Position numbers and translations under genes: made by a program. From Eledone cirrhosa (lineage: Eukaryota), in the NCBI GenBank assembly GCA_964016885.1, contig OZ024751.1:28520001-28584000 (forward strand): DNA of 64,000 nucleotides, given 5' to 3'. Below are positions 42,385 through 57,639 of this stretch, piece by piece (position 1 is the first letter of the stretch; the number at the start of each line of letters is the position of its first letter). The notes under the pieces are model-generated. The model worked only from the letters and a program-made list of their open reading frames with translations. It searched no databases and was not told the DNA's origin.

Positions 42385-43147
42385 TACACTTTTAACTTGC
42401 TCAATTTTGATTTCTAATTTAACAAACCCCATCACCACTACTGCCACCCTTGCCAACACCACCACCACCACACAACAACAACAACACCTCTATAGAATTA
42501 AAAAAAAAAAAAATGAATGTTGCTGATATATATATATATATTGTTATACTTGGGGAGGGTCATATTGTTATAATATATTACCAGAATTAATAACAGAACA
42601 CACTCACTGTTTGGTTGGTTTTCGCTTCTGTGTCTTTTTATATCGGTTAATTTAATTTATTCGGTCCTCAATATATATATATAATATTTTATTACTTATT
42701 GGCAGAATCATTAGAATGTTGGACAAAATCCTTGAAGCATTTGTTCCAGCTCTCGACAATCTGTGTTCAATTCTTGCCAAGGGGTCAAACCCCTTTTTCT
42801 GTCATCAGATGGTAATAAAAGAAAGTGCCAGTTAAATATTGGAGTCAAAAGAGTGCTCCTGTATACTCAGCTCGGTGGCTGAGTGGTACAATCGCTGGTT
42901 ATATAATTGTATAACAGCTGATTTTGAATGGTGAAGACTTTCAGAGTTCAATCTCCTCGCGCCTGGAAGAAGACATTTTGTTGTAGTGCACCTGAGCATT
43001 GTACACAATAATTTCATTATTATTTTCCTATTTTTTACTCAATTTTTGAGTAAAAACTTCCACTGTCCCTGTCTATTACATTATCCCCTATATGCCGGCC
43101 CTTGTAGACAATAAATTAAATCATTATTATTATTATTAAAAATGAGG

Positions 43148-43347
43148 ATGGTGGATTGGCAGTATTGGTAGAAGGTTGGACGCCAATGCTTTGCAGCAAA
43201 GAGTTACGGCCCTTTATGGTCTGAGTTCAAATCCCGCCGAGGTTTAACTTTGCCTTTCATCCTTATGGGGTCAATAAAATAAAGTACCAGTAATACACTG
43301 GGATAATTGCTAGCCTTGTGCCAAAAGTAGAAAGAATTATTATTATT
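43148..43347 (+). mobile_element. SINE S1, full length
   Basis: Matches 38120-38312, with (ATT)n on both sides. Confidence 0.85.
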
Positions 43348-45036
43348 AAAAATGAGTACCAGTAATAGCTGGAGGTTTAAGCTGATGATGACCTGGCATC
43401 CCATCCAGGGGAGAGTCTTGTACTCTGTCGCTTTATACCACCAAAACCTGGGTAAGCACCAACCTGATGAGCATCTGGGCTTCAAGACAGACTTTAGATT
43501 TATTTTTTTAGACACTCTGTAAAGTGGCAGTAGTTGTGGCATGATAAAATGCACCCAGTACACTCTGTAAAGTGGTAGTTGATATGTAAGTACTGTCTCC
43601 CAAGTCCCCAACTTAGGGAAATGATATGTATTGCAATAGAAGAAGCCTAGTTCTGTCTGTTGTTTACAGCAATTACAGCAAAATTGCTTTTAATTAAAAT
43701 AATTTTATACATCAAGATGAATTAAGTTTTAGTATTGAATAGAGAAAGATAGGGCAGGGTTGGGTGGTGTGAGGATAAAGGGAGGGGGAAGTAGGAAACC
43801 AACATAGAAAGTGTGTGTGTGGTGGTGGGGTGGGTTAAAACAAAACGAAATAAAACTAAAACAAAATATCTAATTCATAGAATAGTAGCAAGAATTGTTT
43901 AGAATGTCTTTTGTTTGGGACTGTGGCATTGAGATAGAGATAGGTAGATAGAGAGATGGATAGAGAGATAGATAGAGAGATGGATAGATAGATAGATAGA
44001 TAGAGAGATGGATAGATAGATAGATAGATAGAGTGAGAGATGGATAGATAGATAGATAGATAGATTGATAGATAGATGGATACAGATAGATAGATACATA
44101 GATAGGTAGAGAGAGATGTGTAAATAGAGAGACAGAGAGATGTGTAAATAGATAGATTGATAATAGAGTGAGAGAGAGAGAGATGGATAGATAGATAGAT
44201 AAAGATAGAGAAAAAAAAACAGAAAAAGATACAGAGTGAGAGAGAGAGTTTATCAGAGAAACAGAGAGACAGGAGAGTGAGAAAGAGTTACATAAAGAAA
44301 TAGAGTGAAAGAGACAGAGGGGGAGAGAGAGCAAGAGAGAGAGATTTAGGGGGCATCTTGTGTTATTTAAAATATATGAAATTGTAACCTTCCAGAATTA
44401 AAATAAGACACAGTATATATGAACCAATGAAAGGAGGGCATGGGGGAACTTCTACTAGAAATAGCAGCCACATCTTTCTAAACTAACACTGTATCCTTTG
44501 TAAAATTGAAGGACATGTTGGATAATGCAGTCGTAGTCCTAGATATATGAACAAACGGGATGGTTATATGGTTGTTGTTAGAGGTCTTTTCGATTACAGC
44601 TGAACCAGGACCGAACAAACAACGAGAACAACAGCAGCAACAATAACAACAGCAGCAACAACAACAACAGCAGCAAATATATAGTACAAGTTCAATGTCC
44701 GTTATTTCATCATCTTCCATATAACACAACTATTTGACAGAATCTCAGTTTGTGAAGATAAGAGCTGTCCGATTTAATTTACAAACAAATTCCGAGGCAT
44801 GAGTTAGATAATGGAGTAATATTCCAGAATTGTCCGCTCTCAATACATTCTTATACCCTAGTGTCATTGACACATGTGTCAACGGCTTAGAGGATAACAA
44901 CATTAGTGACCTTTCACCTTTCCTTTACCATATCTCTAATGAAAGACACTGGCTAGGATTTTCAAATCATTTTCGAAATAATCATGTATTCAAAGGGATT
45001 TAGCAATATAACTTATTAGAATGATATTTACAAGAT

Positions 45037-45468
45037 AGTGGATTGGCAGATTCGTTAGAGCATCGGACAATATCTTCTATTTACGTTGAGTTCAAATCCC
45101 ACTGAGGTTAGCTTTGCCTTTCATCCTTATTGTGGTCGATAAAATAAAGTACCAGTAACACACTGGGGTCGATTTAATTGACTTTCCCCTTCCTCCAAAT
45201 TGTTGGCCTTATGTCTAAATCAGAAACCATTATTTAGATGGTGTTTAGGGTGGGGGATTGGCAGAATCGGTAGAGCGTTGGACACCATGCTTTGTTGCAT
45301 AATTTACGGCCTTTTACATTCTGAGTTCAAATCCCACTGAGGTTAGCTGTGTCTTTCATCTTTACAGGGTTGATAAAATAAAGCACCAGTAACATACTGG
45401 GGTCAATTTATGCAACTTTCCCCTCCTCCAAAATTGTTGGCCTTGTGCCTAAATCAGAAACCAATACT
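45037..45468 (+). mobile_element. Two tandem SINE S1 copies
   Basis: Copies at about 45037-45233 and 45250-45468. Confidence 0.85.
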
Positions 45469-46261
45469 AAGGTGGTATTTGGAACATAACATAACAAAGT
45501 TTCTTACATAAAACTATGATGGAATTTTTTTTAGACAAATATAAACATTCAACCCTTTCATTACAATATTTCTAATAAAAGACACAACTTATAATTTCCA
45601 GATAATTTTGAAAATAATCAAGAATTTGGAAAGATTTAGCATAATTTAACTTTCTCAATATGAAGATGGTGATTGGAACATAGCATAACGTTTCTTAAAT
45701 AAAATTATAATGGAAGTCTTTTTGATAAATATAAACACTTTAATCCTTTCGTTACTAAATTTCTAATTAATAAACAAACAAATCTGTTTATGATTTTCAA
45801 ATCATTTAAAAAATATATCAAGAATTTAGAGAGATTTAGTAATATAACTAAATGATTATTAACTGATGTGTAAATATAGTATGTTGATAGATTTTATACT
45901 ATTTCACTGTTTACACAATTTTTCTGCCTTAGTTAAGATATTCACAGAATTTATCAGCATAGCATCACATCAACCTTCTATTTCTGGATCCACAGGTGCC
46001 TTTCATTCCTTAATTGGTCTTTACAATATATATAATATATACACACACACTATATATATATATATACACACTATATACATATATATATACACACACTATA
46101 TATATAAATATAAATATATATATATATGTATACAACACACACTATACATATCTATATATTATATACACACACACTTTCATATATATGTATAATATATATA
46201 AATACATACATAAACACACATATATATATATACATGCACACACATAAATACATACAGACAC

Positions 46262-46300
<39 letters not shown>

Positions 46301-47112
46301 TACATACACATATACGCGTATATGTATGTGTGTAGGAGTAAACTAATGAGTAATACCAGTCAATGGAAGAACTTGCAGTGTATAAAAGACCATTGATAAG
46401 AGAGGGGGAGAGAGAGGTGGGAGAGGGAGAGAGAGAAAGAAGGGGTAGTAGAGAGAGAGAGTGGGTGAGCTATTTGCATGCATTTAAATAATTACATTGA
46501 ATCAGTGAAGTTTATTGAAATAGCTATTGAGCTTAACAGCACTAAGTCTTTCTTTATCGCTTACATTTGTATTAGATAACTCTCCCTCCTATACATACAC
46601 ACATATGCCACAATTTACACATACACATGCCACCATTTTCTCTGTCTTTTAGTTCTAAAGACTTTTGTTGATGTCTATTATTTTATTATACATTGGCAGT
46701 GGCCATCAAGACTAGGATTTTATCACATGAAAAGTGAGGCACAGACAGACCAACTGAACAACCAACCAACTAATAAACCAGCCAACCAGCCAGCCAACCA
46801 ACCAATCCAACCAACCAACCAACCAACCAAGCTACCAACCAACCAACCAACCAACCAAGCTACCAACCAACCAACCAACCAACAAATGGCTATAAGAGAT
46901 TTCTACCCTGCAGAAAATAGCTGAAGAAGTCTATTGCTTCAAATATATATTTTTTCCATTCATAATTCTTGACAAAGAAAAAGAAAGGAGTTGATTGTCA
47001 GACTGGACCATAGAAACTATGTTTCCATTGGTCTTTCCATTTTGTCAGAAGTTGCGACCAGATTGACCCCCAAAAGATCGATGGTAAAATTATAGGGTTC
47101 GGCCAACTAAAG

Positions 47113-47299
47113 CAGGCATGTCAAACTGAGGGTGCCCTGAGGGCCACATATGTATTGTCTGAGGGCCACACACGACAACTAATAGAGCACATTACAAATT
47201 ATTTTATTTTATATTACAAAGATAAAACATGCTTGTGCTGTAAAAACCTTGTGTGGGCCGGAGGAGTGCTTATAAAGGGCCGCATGTTTGTCATACTTA
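47113..47299. mobile_element. hAT/Charlie-like MITE (degenerate)
   Basis: CAGGCATGTCAAAC...GTTTGTCATACTTA imperfect TIRs, internal GGGCC motifs, imperfect 8-bp TSD aactaaag/atctaatg. Confidence 0.6.
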
Positions 47300-47407
47300 A
47301 TCTAATGAATAGGTTGATTAGCTGGGTTTGGATTTTTGTTCATTTTACAAACATAAAATAGAGGGCAGTGTTGGCAGTGGCTTAAATTCGAGTATATACA
47401 GTAAATA

Positions 47408-47857
47408 TTGTAAGGTTTGTTCTTAGCTTACCATATTGCGGTTCATTATTTTTGAAAGGGCGGTGGATTGGCAGTATCGGTAGAGGGTTGGACACCATGC
47501 TTTGCAGCAAAGAGTTACGGCTCTTTATGGTCTGAGTTCAAATCCCGCCGAGGTTAACTTTGCTTTTCATCCTTATGGAGTTGATAAAATAAAGTACCAG
47601 TAATACACTGGGATAATTGCTGGCCTTGTGCCAAAAGTAAAAACAATTATTTTGTAAGGTTTGTTCTTAGCTTACCATATTTTGGTTCATTATTTTGTAA
47701 GGTACGTTCTTAGCTTACCATATTTTGGTTCATTATTTTGTAAGGTTTGTTCTTAGCTTACCATATTTTGGTTCATTATTTTGTAAGGTATGTTCTTAGC
47801 TTACCATATTGTGGTTCATTATTTTGTAAGGTTTGTTGTTAGCTTACCACATTTTGG
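47408..47857. repeat. 43-bp minisatellite with a SINE S1 (about 47456-47650) after the first unit
   Basis: ttgtaaggtttgttcttagcttaccatattttggttcattatt: one copy before and about 5 after the SINE. Confidence 0.85.
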
Positions 47858-48871
47858 CAATTCCACATGATATTTATAACACAAACTTCTGGAAATTAAT
47901 TTCTTTGGTTCATTATTTTAAACCAGAAGGAATATGGATTAATGAAAAACAGAAAAACAGATAAAATATTATCTAACAATCAAAGATAGGATTTCGTTGG
48001 CTAAGTTGGCTTAACTTCCTAAATTTTCAGTTATTGCTTTCAATCTAATTCTTGCTTTTGGAAATTGTCCAAAGACAGAAGAATATTCATTTCCGTTGGT
48101 CAATTTCATTAAACAGATTTTATTTTTTCTTATTTCTTATTTCTTCTTTTTTTTTTCAAATGTTCATTCCTCACCCAACCCCAAAAAGTCTGCAGATTCT
48201 GACAAACTGATATTCAAAATCTGAATAAAAACCTGCTAAATCTGATGCACTAGATAATTTCAATCAAATAACATGTTTTTTTTTTATTAATGCAGAACTA
48301 TGTATGTATATATGTATGTCTAATGGTCGGGTCGTTGGCGACTAAACCGGCAACCCCACCAAGCTTGCTTGGTGAGGAGGGTGATATTTGGACACCCTGC
48401 GGGATGAAATACAAGACTTGGCAAAGGGCGAATAGAGATATAGAGGAATAATCGAACCCAGTACTGGACTAGTACTTTTTTTATCAACCTTGAAATGATG
48501 AAAGATAAAGATGACTGTGGCAGGATTTGAAATCAGGGCTCAGAAACCTGGAACAAACACCACAAAACATTCTATCTGATGTTCTAACAATTTTGCCAAT
48601 TCATCTGTATACTACTATGTACATTTAGTAAAATATGTTTTTCTTTTGTTTGATTTTGAATTTATTCAAATATAAGATATCATTCCTGATCCAACTCCAG
48701 TTGCTTGTCAGGCTTTGCTGTAAACAAAACTATCACTTCCGTGTCAAAGGTAAAAAAGAGGGTAGAAAGAAAATTTGTCATATTTACACTAAATCTCAAG
48801 ACATACAGCAAAACAAATTAATTCCACAGAGAATTAAAACCATTATTAGAAGAGAACAAGTTTATAAATAG

Positions 48872-48911
<40 letters not shown>

Positions 48912-49127
48912 ATGTGTGTGTAGTTTTAGTGTCATGTTCAAGAGCCTGTTTATTTTTACAATATCTGTAATAGTTGAAGTCCAGTGACATGGAATGTTTA
49001 ATTGATGAAAGGAGGAGGAGGAGGAGAAGAAGGAGGAGGGTGACAAATAAATTGAAATAACTGATAGATGCTGTTCAAGTGGGTTAGTTAGATTTATCAT
49101 ACCACAGAATGAAAATATATGGATGAC

Positions 49128-49159
<32 letters not shown>

Positions 49160-49161
<2 letters not shown>

Positions 49162-51035
49162 GACCTATCACATGTCTGTCCGTAATGTGGAAACTGTTAA
49201 CAAGCATTGTGTCTGAGGAAATCTACTATCACCTCCACATAAACAACTTGTTACCGGACGAACAGAAAGGATGCCAAAAGAAGTCCCGTGGTACAAAGGA
49301 CCAGTTACTTATTGATAAGATGGTAATGAGGAATTGCAGGAGACACACTGGTCTTGCCATGGGATGGATAGACTACAAAAAGGCATTCGACATGGTACCT
49401 CATTCTTGGATAACCAAAAGCCTAGAGATCTTCAGGGTGGCAGATAACATCAGACAGTTGTTGGGCAAAAGTATGAAATCCTGGAAAACAGAGTTAACGT
49501 CGGGCGGAGAATCCTTGGGAGGCGTGAAGATCAAGAGAGGTATCTTCCAGGGAGATAGTTTGTCCCCTCTGTTGTTTGTCCTTGCCCTGATCCCCCTGAC
49601 CATTATACTGCGAAAAGTGAGAGCAGGATACAAGTTGAGAAAGGGAGAGCTTACCATCAATCACCTCCTCTTCATGGATGATCTTAAGCTCTTCGGGAAG
49701 AGTGAGAAGGAGTTGGATGTACTTGTTGACACTGTCCGTATTTTCAGCAATGATATATGTATGGAATTTGGTATTAGTAAGTGTGGAGTCCTTGTGTGAA
49801 GAGGGGTAAATTGAGCAGAAGTAACGGAATCCAGGTACCAACAGGTGAGATGATAAAGGAAATTGATACTGAAGAAGGATACAAATATTTAGGTGTTCTG
49901 GAGGCTGATGACATCAAGAACAAAAAAATGAAAGAATTGATAAGATCTGAATACATTTGGAGAGTAAGGGGCGTATTGAAGTCACATCTGAACAGTAGGA
50001 ATGTCATAAGTGCAGTAAATTCCCGAGATGTGTCTATTATTAGGTACAGTGCGGGAATTCTGAGATGGAATGTTGTTGAACAAAAAGAAATGGATAGAAT
50101 GACTAGGAAGCTATTGACTATCTACAACATGTTCCACAAGAGGAGTGATGCTCAGAATTGTACTGAAGGGGATGTCCAAGGAGGAAATAACAACAACAAG
50201 AAAGAGCAACCTTCATGAAAAATCCCTTCATAGTACCTTCTTTGAGAAAACTGAATTTAGAGATCCACAGACATGGAACTGGTTGAAAAGAGGAGACCTT
50301 AAAAAGGCTACAGAAGGAATGCTAATGGCTGCGCAAGAGCAGGCCCTCAAAACGAAGTGGCTGAAACACCAAGGAGGAGGCTAGCCCACTGTGTAGGATC
50401 TGTGGAGAGAAAGAGGAGACTGTGGCTCACATTGTTTCCGAGTGTAAACACCTAGCCCAGATTCAATATAAAGGCTGGAGACATGATGTGATGGGCAGGG
50501 TGATCCACTGGCATCTATGCAAAGTAAACAATTTACTACATTCTGAGAAGTGGTATGAGCATAAACCAGAGTCGGTGATAGAAAACGATCAGGTGAAGGT
50601 GCTGTGGGATTTTAGGATACAGATGGACAAAAAACTGGAACACAATAGACCTGACCTGGTGGTTTTGGACATGGGAAAAAGATCGTGCCTGATTGTGGAT
50701 GTGGCCTGCCCATTCGACACAAGAGTGCAAGAGAAGGAGAGGGAGAAAATTAACCGATACCAGGACTTAAAGTGGGAGGTAAAAAGGATTTGGAACTGCC
50801 ATGAGGTCAAAGTGGTCCCGATTGTCATAGGCGCACTAGGTACTATCTCAAAGAGTTTCCAAGGATGGTTAAAGAAGATTAGTCCAGCCCCGCTTTTTGG
50901 AACACTTCAAAAGGCATGCTTGCTGGGAACAGCAAGAACCCTCCGATATGTCCTGAATATCTGAGGCTGCAGGTAGTGGCTTGATATTCATTTCAATAAA
51001 CTTTCCAGTTAAATAACATCAATGACTGAGACTCA
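49160..51035 (+). pseudogene. R4/Dong-clade non-LTR retrotransposon, 5'-truncated (RT, CCHC, REL endonuclease)
   Basis: [37 protein letters not shown]; CRICGEKEETVAHIVSEC; RHD; RPDLVV..IVDVACPFD..EKINRYQDL. Frameshifts and stops present. (AAT)n flanks. Confidence 0.93.
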
Positions 51036-51199
51036 AACAACAATAATAACAGCAATACTGATAACAATAATGTCCACCTTTTACTTAACAAAATCAAATT
51101 CACAATGACTGAAATATGACAAAGAATTATGGACCATTATAGACATACAGACGTGTATGTGTGTATGTATGTATCATCATCCACGCTAGCATGGGTTAG

Positions 51200-51402
51200 A
51201 CACAAAGTGTGTTTTATAAATTTTTGGTGTTTTATAAATTTTTGAAATATATATAATAGAATAAATATGGTTTTATAAATATAGTTTCCATTTATTTAAT
51301 ATCATTGTATATTATACTCCAGAAAGCTTGTTGAGTGCTCTGAATCAGTTATAAACATTTATATTTGTTGAATTACCAACAAATTGAATATCCCTTCTGC
51401 TT
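51200..51402 (+). mobile_element. Family B element, plus strand, keeping only the 3' half of the hammerhead
   Basis: GAAA-tatata-TA-atagaata at 51244 through ...cccttctgctt(AT)n, preceded by a short inverted upstream piece. Confidence 0.8.
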
Positions 51403-51669
51403 ATATATATATATATACATATATATGACGCGTGTGTGTTTCAAAAAAAATTATTTAATTACAGGCTCATTGAAGACTTTCCATTTCAATAGGCACGTTA
51501 AAAATATTACACTTAAATTATACGGACTGACATTTGATTCCACTTCAAAAGTTACACAGTGAATTAATAATAGGCTTGTCCTCTCTGTCTTCTGTCTTTC
51601 ACAATCTTCTGCATATACAGAGCTTGATCTTCATGAATGGATACATCAGACATTCCCTGAGGGTTAACA

Positions 51670-51779
<110 letters not shown>

Positions 51780-51844
51780 CAAATATACATACATACATAT
51801 ATATATATACAAATATACATACATACATATATATATATACAAAT

Positions 51845-51905
<61 letters not shown>

Positions 51906-51939
51906 AATATACATACATACATATATATATATATAAAAC

Positions 51940-54567
51940 AATCGTCTCGTATTTAAACTCTGATTACTGTTATAAGTTCGTTTTATAGGTTTAGATTAAA
52001 AAAAAAAATAACCTTCTCGTTAACTTCCCCATATCCCGCCCCCACTCGCCACCATTATTAGATGGTCCAATCATAATTCAGCGGCTTATACGTCTCTCTT
52101 ACCAATCTCTTACACAAAACCACCGTCTCGGCTATTCACTCCTTAAGTTTAAACCTGGTTGCCTTTGATATGCTAGATGGACTGTGGGATTCTGGAGAGG
52201 ACGAAGAATCTGGACACTCAATTGACAATGTCAGAGATAAAGATAAATTCACCTCATGTGGCCGGACGAAAATGCAAGGATTCCTCTTTATTTCAGACGC
52301 GGATGGCAAACATAACCCCATCTCCCTCACCCCTCCCTACACCTCCAACCCATTCCTTCCACCCATCAAACGAAATCCAAAACTTCAGAGTTGGTACCAT
52401 GAATGTAAGCACTTTAAAAGATCGCTCTAACGAGATTGTAGAGATGCCTCAACATAAGGAAGTTGATGCTTGTTGCGTCCAAGAGACTAGGTGGAGGGGC
52501 GGGCCTGCTAGATTCATTGTGGGTAAAATATGATGCTATAAACTTTTCTGGGTGGGAAATGAAAATGGGCTGGGTGGAGTAGGAATTATGTTAGCAGAAA
52601 AATGGGTAGATAAGGTAATCGTCGTAAATAGAGTGAACGACAGAATAATCAAAATAAGACTTGTCCTAAATAGAACTACTGTGACAATAATATTCGCTTA
52701 CGCACCCCAACCTGGACTGCCTGGCGTTATAAAAAACAGATTCTATGAGTCACTAATGCTCACTACCTCCCAAATAACCAACAGTGACTACATAATTGTT
52801 GCTGGCGACCTAAATGGTCCCGTTGGACAACATAGTTATGGCTGTGATGGAATCCATGGAGGCTACGGGTTTGGTACCAGAAATGAGGAAGGCTTCAGAA
52901 TTCTGGAATTCTGTGACGCAAATAACCTAACTATCTGCAACACAAACTTCAAAAAACGAGAAAATCACTTGATCACCTGTAGATCAGGGGAACACGCCAG
53001 TCAGATAGATTATATCCTTACCAGAAGACATGACAAAGTGTCGGTTGTAAACACTAAATCCCTCCCCCGCGAAAAATGCACCTCCCAACATAGCCTAGTA
53101 GTTAGTGACCTCATAGTCAGGACGAGACGTACTCGACAACAGAGGAAGACTACCCTGAGAAGAAGAATATGGAAGTTAAAGGACCCCACAGCCAGTAACA
53201 AATTTAAAAGTGAGAGCCATACAAGCCATGTATAAAGAAACAGTCAGCAAGGTTAGAATTAACAACAAATATAGTGAAGAATTTAGCGTAAAAGTCGGTG
53301 TTCATCAGGGCTGTCCTTAGCCCCCTCCTATTTATTATTGCCCTTCAGGCTATAACAGAGGAGTTCAAGACCGGCTGCCCATGGGAACTTCTATACGCAG
53401 ATGATCTAACGGTCATAGCTGAATCAATGGCTGAACTAGAGAAGAAATTCCAAACTTGAAAACATGGCCTAGAAGCAAAAGGCCTTAAAATTAACTTGTC
53501 TAAGACTAAAGTTCTAGTATGTAGGAAGGAAAATAGGGCACTGGTCCCCTCTGGGAAATGGCTATGCTCAGTGTGTAGGAAAGGAGTAGGCAGAAACTCC
53601 ATTTTATGTCCCAAATGCAAAGTATGGTGCATAAAAGATGTAGTGGGATCACAGGTAAACTAACTAAGAACAAAGATTTTATATGTGGCCGGTGCTCAGG
53701 TGCAATAAGTAGTAGCAAGTTCAGAGAGCTTATACCACTATTGGCCGCTAAAGGTTTCTCCCTAAAAATGAAAGGCAGACTGTATGATGCCTGCATACGA
53801 ACAGCAATGTTACATGGGAATGAGACATTGGCATTGTGTGCAGAGGATCTGCGCAGACTGGAGAGGAACAAAGCTTGCATGCTCTGTTGGATGTGTAATA
53901 GTAATATACGTGAACGGCAAAGCATAAATGAACTAAGTGAGAAATTAGGAATATGAGGGATCAGATGCTGTTTACTCGAGAGAAGACTACATTGGTATGG
54001 TCACGTGATGCGCATGAAAGATAACAGCTGTATAAAAAAGTGCAGGCCGATCAAAATAGATGGAAGCTATGGAGTAGGCAGACCCAGAAAAACCTGGGAC
54101 GATTTGATAAATTCCGACCATAGACACTTACACCTCTCCAAGACAATGTCACTGGACCGAGATCTTTGGCACTGCGCAGTAATACAGAAGACCCGCGTTG
54201 CCTAAGTACAAAGCAAAACCTAGTCAGTAGGCACCTCCTAACCAAAAATACACCCGCCATCCCACTACCCCCCCCCCCTGTAAAGATATGTTGGTGCCAC
54301 AACATCGAGTCCGAAATAAATGAGGTCGTGTAGGTGTCACGACAAAAAAAAAAACACACAGTCCACGCTGTAATGTGGCCGTGTAGGTAACACGGTAAAA
54401 ACCTCCCAGTCCACACTGTAAACGTGGTTGGTGTTAGGAAGGGCATCCACCCATAGAAAACCCACCAGACAGTCCTGAGCAAGACAACCAATCTTGCCTC
54501 ACATGGGACAATTCCCATCTAAACCCATGCTAGCATGGAAGATAGACGTTAAACGATGATAATGATA
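51940..54567 (+). pseudogene. RTE-clade LINE, long copy with internal deletions
   Basis: APE endonuclease (VGTMNV, CVQETRW, AYAPQ, AGDLNG, QIDYIL, SQHSLV), RT tail (GVHQG..LSPLLF, LLYADDL), Cys-rich CSVC..CPKC..CSG..CGRC, WYGHVMRM..GRPRKTW, and a 3'UTR ending in a (GAT)n-like tail. The 5' boundary is approximate. Confidence 0.92.
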
Positions 54568-56364
54568 TATATATATACAAAATATGCACCTATATATATA
54601 TACATATATGTATAATAGTTGACAATAAGGTGTTGCTGTTCAAAGTTGAGCCAAAATAAAATAAGATAGAATTTTTGCCTCCATATTTATTCTAGTGATT
54701 TTTGATATCAAATTTTCTGATAGTTCTTAAAAAACCATTGGCATCATAGAAACAGACTTACAATGAAGATAAAGGAACTTTTTACTATAAAGGAGTATTG
54801 AATGAAGTAAAACTGATCGCACAAACAGAGAATATGCATTTGTCAAAATTAAGTCAATAGTAAGGAACCATTGACATTCCATTGGAAAATAATAACAGGG
54901 AAAATATAATATGAAATAAAAATAAAAATAAAAAGGAAAGGAAAGAAGAAAAATTGTTTCGGCGTCATAAAAACATGTAAGAAATACAGAAGACTTTAAC
55001 ATTGCTTTAGAAAACTGCCAACAATAGCAAGTTTCCCAGTGAACAGCTTAAAAGCCTGCCTTCTATTGTCCACTTATTTCGAACTGTCTCCAATGTGTCA
55101 GAGCAAGACACTTCAAGTACCAGCCATTTTGAGGGGAAAAACACATGGGCCACCACCACACCCATTGTGTTAGGTAATGCAAATGTGCATATGTATATGG
55201 TGCATAAAAGATACATGCTTGGGGGGAAACGAGAGAATTCTCCTAGGTCCATGTGAGGTTAGCGATAAGCAATCAGTAAAGTTTGCCCAAGGGAAAACAA
55301 GTGCCAAAAAGATCTTAAGTCTGTCCAGTATCTTAAGAAGGAAATTTTGATGGATCAGGCTAGCAATTCTGCAAGCATTCAACCTACAAAGATAAGCATT
55401 ATTAGATAAGGCAGGAATACATTGACAAAAGCCCATGGCTCAAGGCAGCTACTTAGAAGAATATGACCTTTGTATAGACAGAGAAAATATATATATAAGA
55501 GAGCAAGAGAGACATATAGAGAAAGAAAAAGAAAGAGAATGAGAAGGAGAGAGAAAGAAGCCAGATAGATTGGAGTCTTTTCAATGTGTTTTCCATACTG
55601 GTATAATTTAAAGCAAGGACAAGAGAATAAAGTGATATCTGACTGTATTTCAACAGGAGTGTCAATGGAAAGAGGTGTAACAAAACACCAAACCCAACAC
55701 CTTTCACCACAGCTAAAATCAATTCAGTTATCTTCCATACAAAACCACACCAGTTATTTCCACTCTTTCCTTGCAAAATATCATCACCACTACTAGCACC
55801 ACACACATACCATCCACCGCCATTCACCACCACAGTTACCACACTGTCCACTGCCACCTTTACTCAAGCAATACGTTTGACCTAAACCACAAAACCTGAT
55901 AAGACAAGATTGAACAAAAGTATATACAAACACAAGAGAGATTGATTTTGAATAAATATAGATCTCAAAAGGTAGAAGTGTGGGTGGTGAGTAGAGAGGG
56001 GGCTCTGTTTGAAGAGGAAAGGTGGAGAAAAGCATTTTTCTTCTCCTGTTTACAGGTTGATATACAGAGGTATATCAAAGTTTTTAACTAGCATTTATTA
56101 GACTGACACTTTTTCTTCTTCTCTATACATCTTACACCACACAAGTGTTTTTCTTCTTCTTATAAACAAAACCATCTTGAGAAGGAATAAAAGAACAAAG
56201 GAAATAAATTATATGTTCAAGGTTCGATGGGGAAATTTATTTGAAGGAACGACATACCATTATTTTCTTGCTTTATGATATCAAGCCGGTTTAGATAGGT
56301 TTAACTGTACAATAGTTGATCTGAAATCCTGAGTCTGTGTTATAATGAAGTGTTTGTGAGTGAG

Positions 56365-56425
<61 letters not shown>

Positions 56426-56471
56426 TTATATATATATATATATATACATTTATATATATATATATATATAC

Positions 56472-56508
<37 letters not shown>

Positions 56509-56666
56509 TACACACACACAGATATATATATATTTATATATATATGGATATATATAAACTAGAATCTAATTGCCTATGGTAGGGTCAATAACATTGTTAC
56601 AACTCCATATAGTCCTGAAGCAATAATTTTCGCCTTTTATTTTCATTGTTCAACAGACACACAACC

Positions 56667-56713
<47 letters not shown>

Positions 56714-56721
<8 letters not shown>

Positions 56722-56870
56722 GAGTCAGGACCCCGACGGCTGAGCTCTGGCTGTTTTGACAGATAGATCTGTTCGGATCTAGCTGTCCTATTACCCACTC
56801 TACTACCTTAAGTATTGAGTACTCTGGTGCGTTATGGTCCACCCGGTATCTTACCACACCCTCTCTCTTC
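56714..56870. mobile_element. Family A fold-back element with internal deletion
   Basis: ggaccccgacggctgagctc... then a central hairpin, then cctattacccactc...ttaccaca. A related one-armed copy is at 61614-61746. Confidence 0.75.
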
Positions 56871-57639
56871 TATATATGCAAATATTATTTCTAAATGGAA
56901 TATGGTATCAAATAGGCACAACAGATTCACAAGTGTCAGGAAGATTTCTCTAAGAAGAATCAACATTTTAACTCATTTATCCCAGTATTTCTTATGAAAC
57001 ACTCTGTTGGTCTGTTGATATGTGGATATACAGCAATTAATTTCGAAAATTTGAAGAACTTAATGAGGTAATTAACCTTTTTGTAAAGTATGTTGGTATT
57101 TGACAAATTACTTGAGAAAAATTTCTTAGAATTAAGTATGGTGGATGGTTTTAATATAAGTATGAACACATTTTAAAATGAGAAACTGTGTATCAGAAAA
57201 ACCAAGGTGGTTTCAGTTGAGTTAGTACTAAAAGGGTTACCAGGGTTAAACTTACAATGAAGAATTTCCGTTAAGTGAAGAGAGAGAGAGGGGGGGTGAT
57301 GGTAGGAAGAGAGGAGTCAAATGAAGTGATTTTTAAAAAAAAAGACCATTAACAACACTAACACAAAGATTCCTTTAAATGGCAGATGTCAATGAAGATG
57401 AAAACCTGTAAATTGTTTTTAGAATATTTAAATTCCATTATTATTATTATTATTATTGGGGAATTTATTTTGTTATATTTTTATATATATTTTATTTTTA
57501 TATTTTTTTCATTATTAAATTGGTTTTGTTGTGTATTTTCACTCAATTTTATTGTAAACCCCCACAGTCCCTGTCTTTGTATTGTCCTCTATATGTCGGC
57601 CCTTGTGGCCAATAACTGAAACTATTATTATTATTATTA

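Noticed and set aside
43460-43490. CTGATGA hammerhead candidates in SINE tails (also 43382)
   Set aside because: No downstream stem II plus GAAA; part of the CORE-SINE 3' region.
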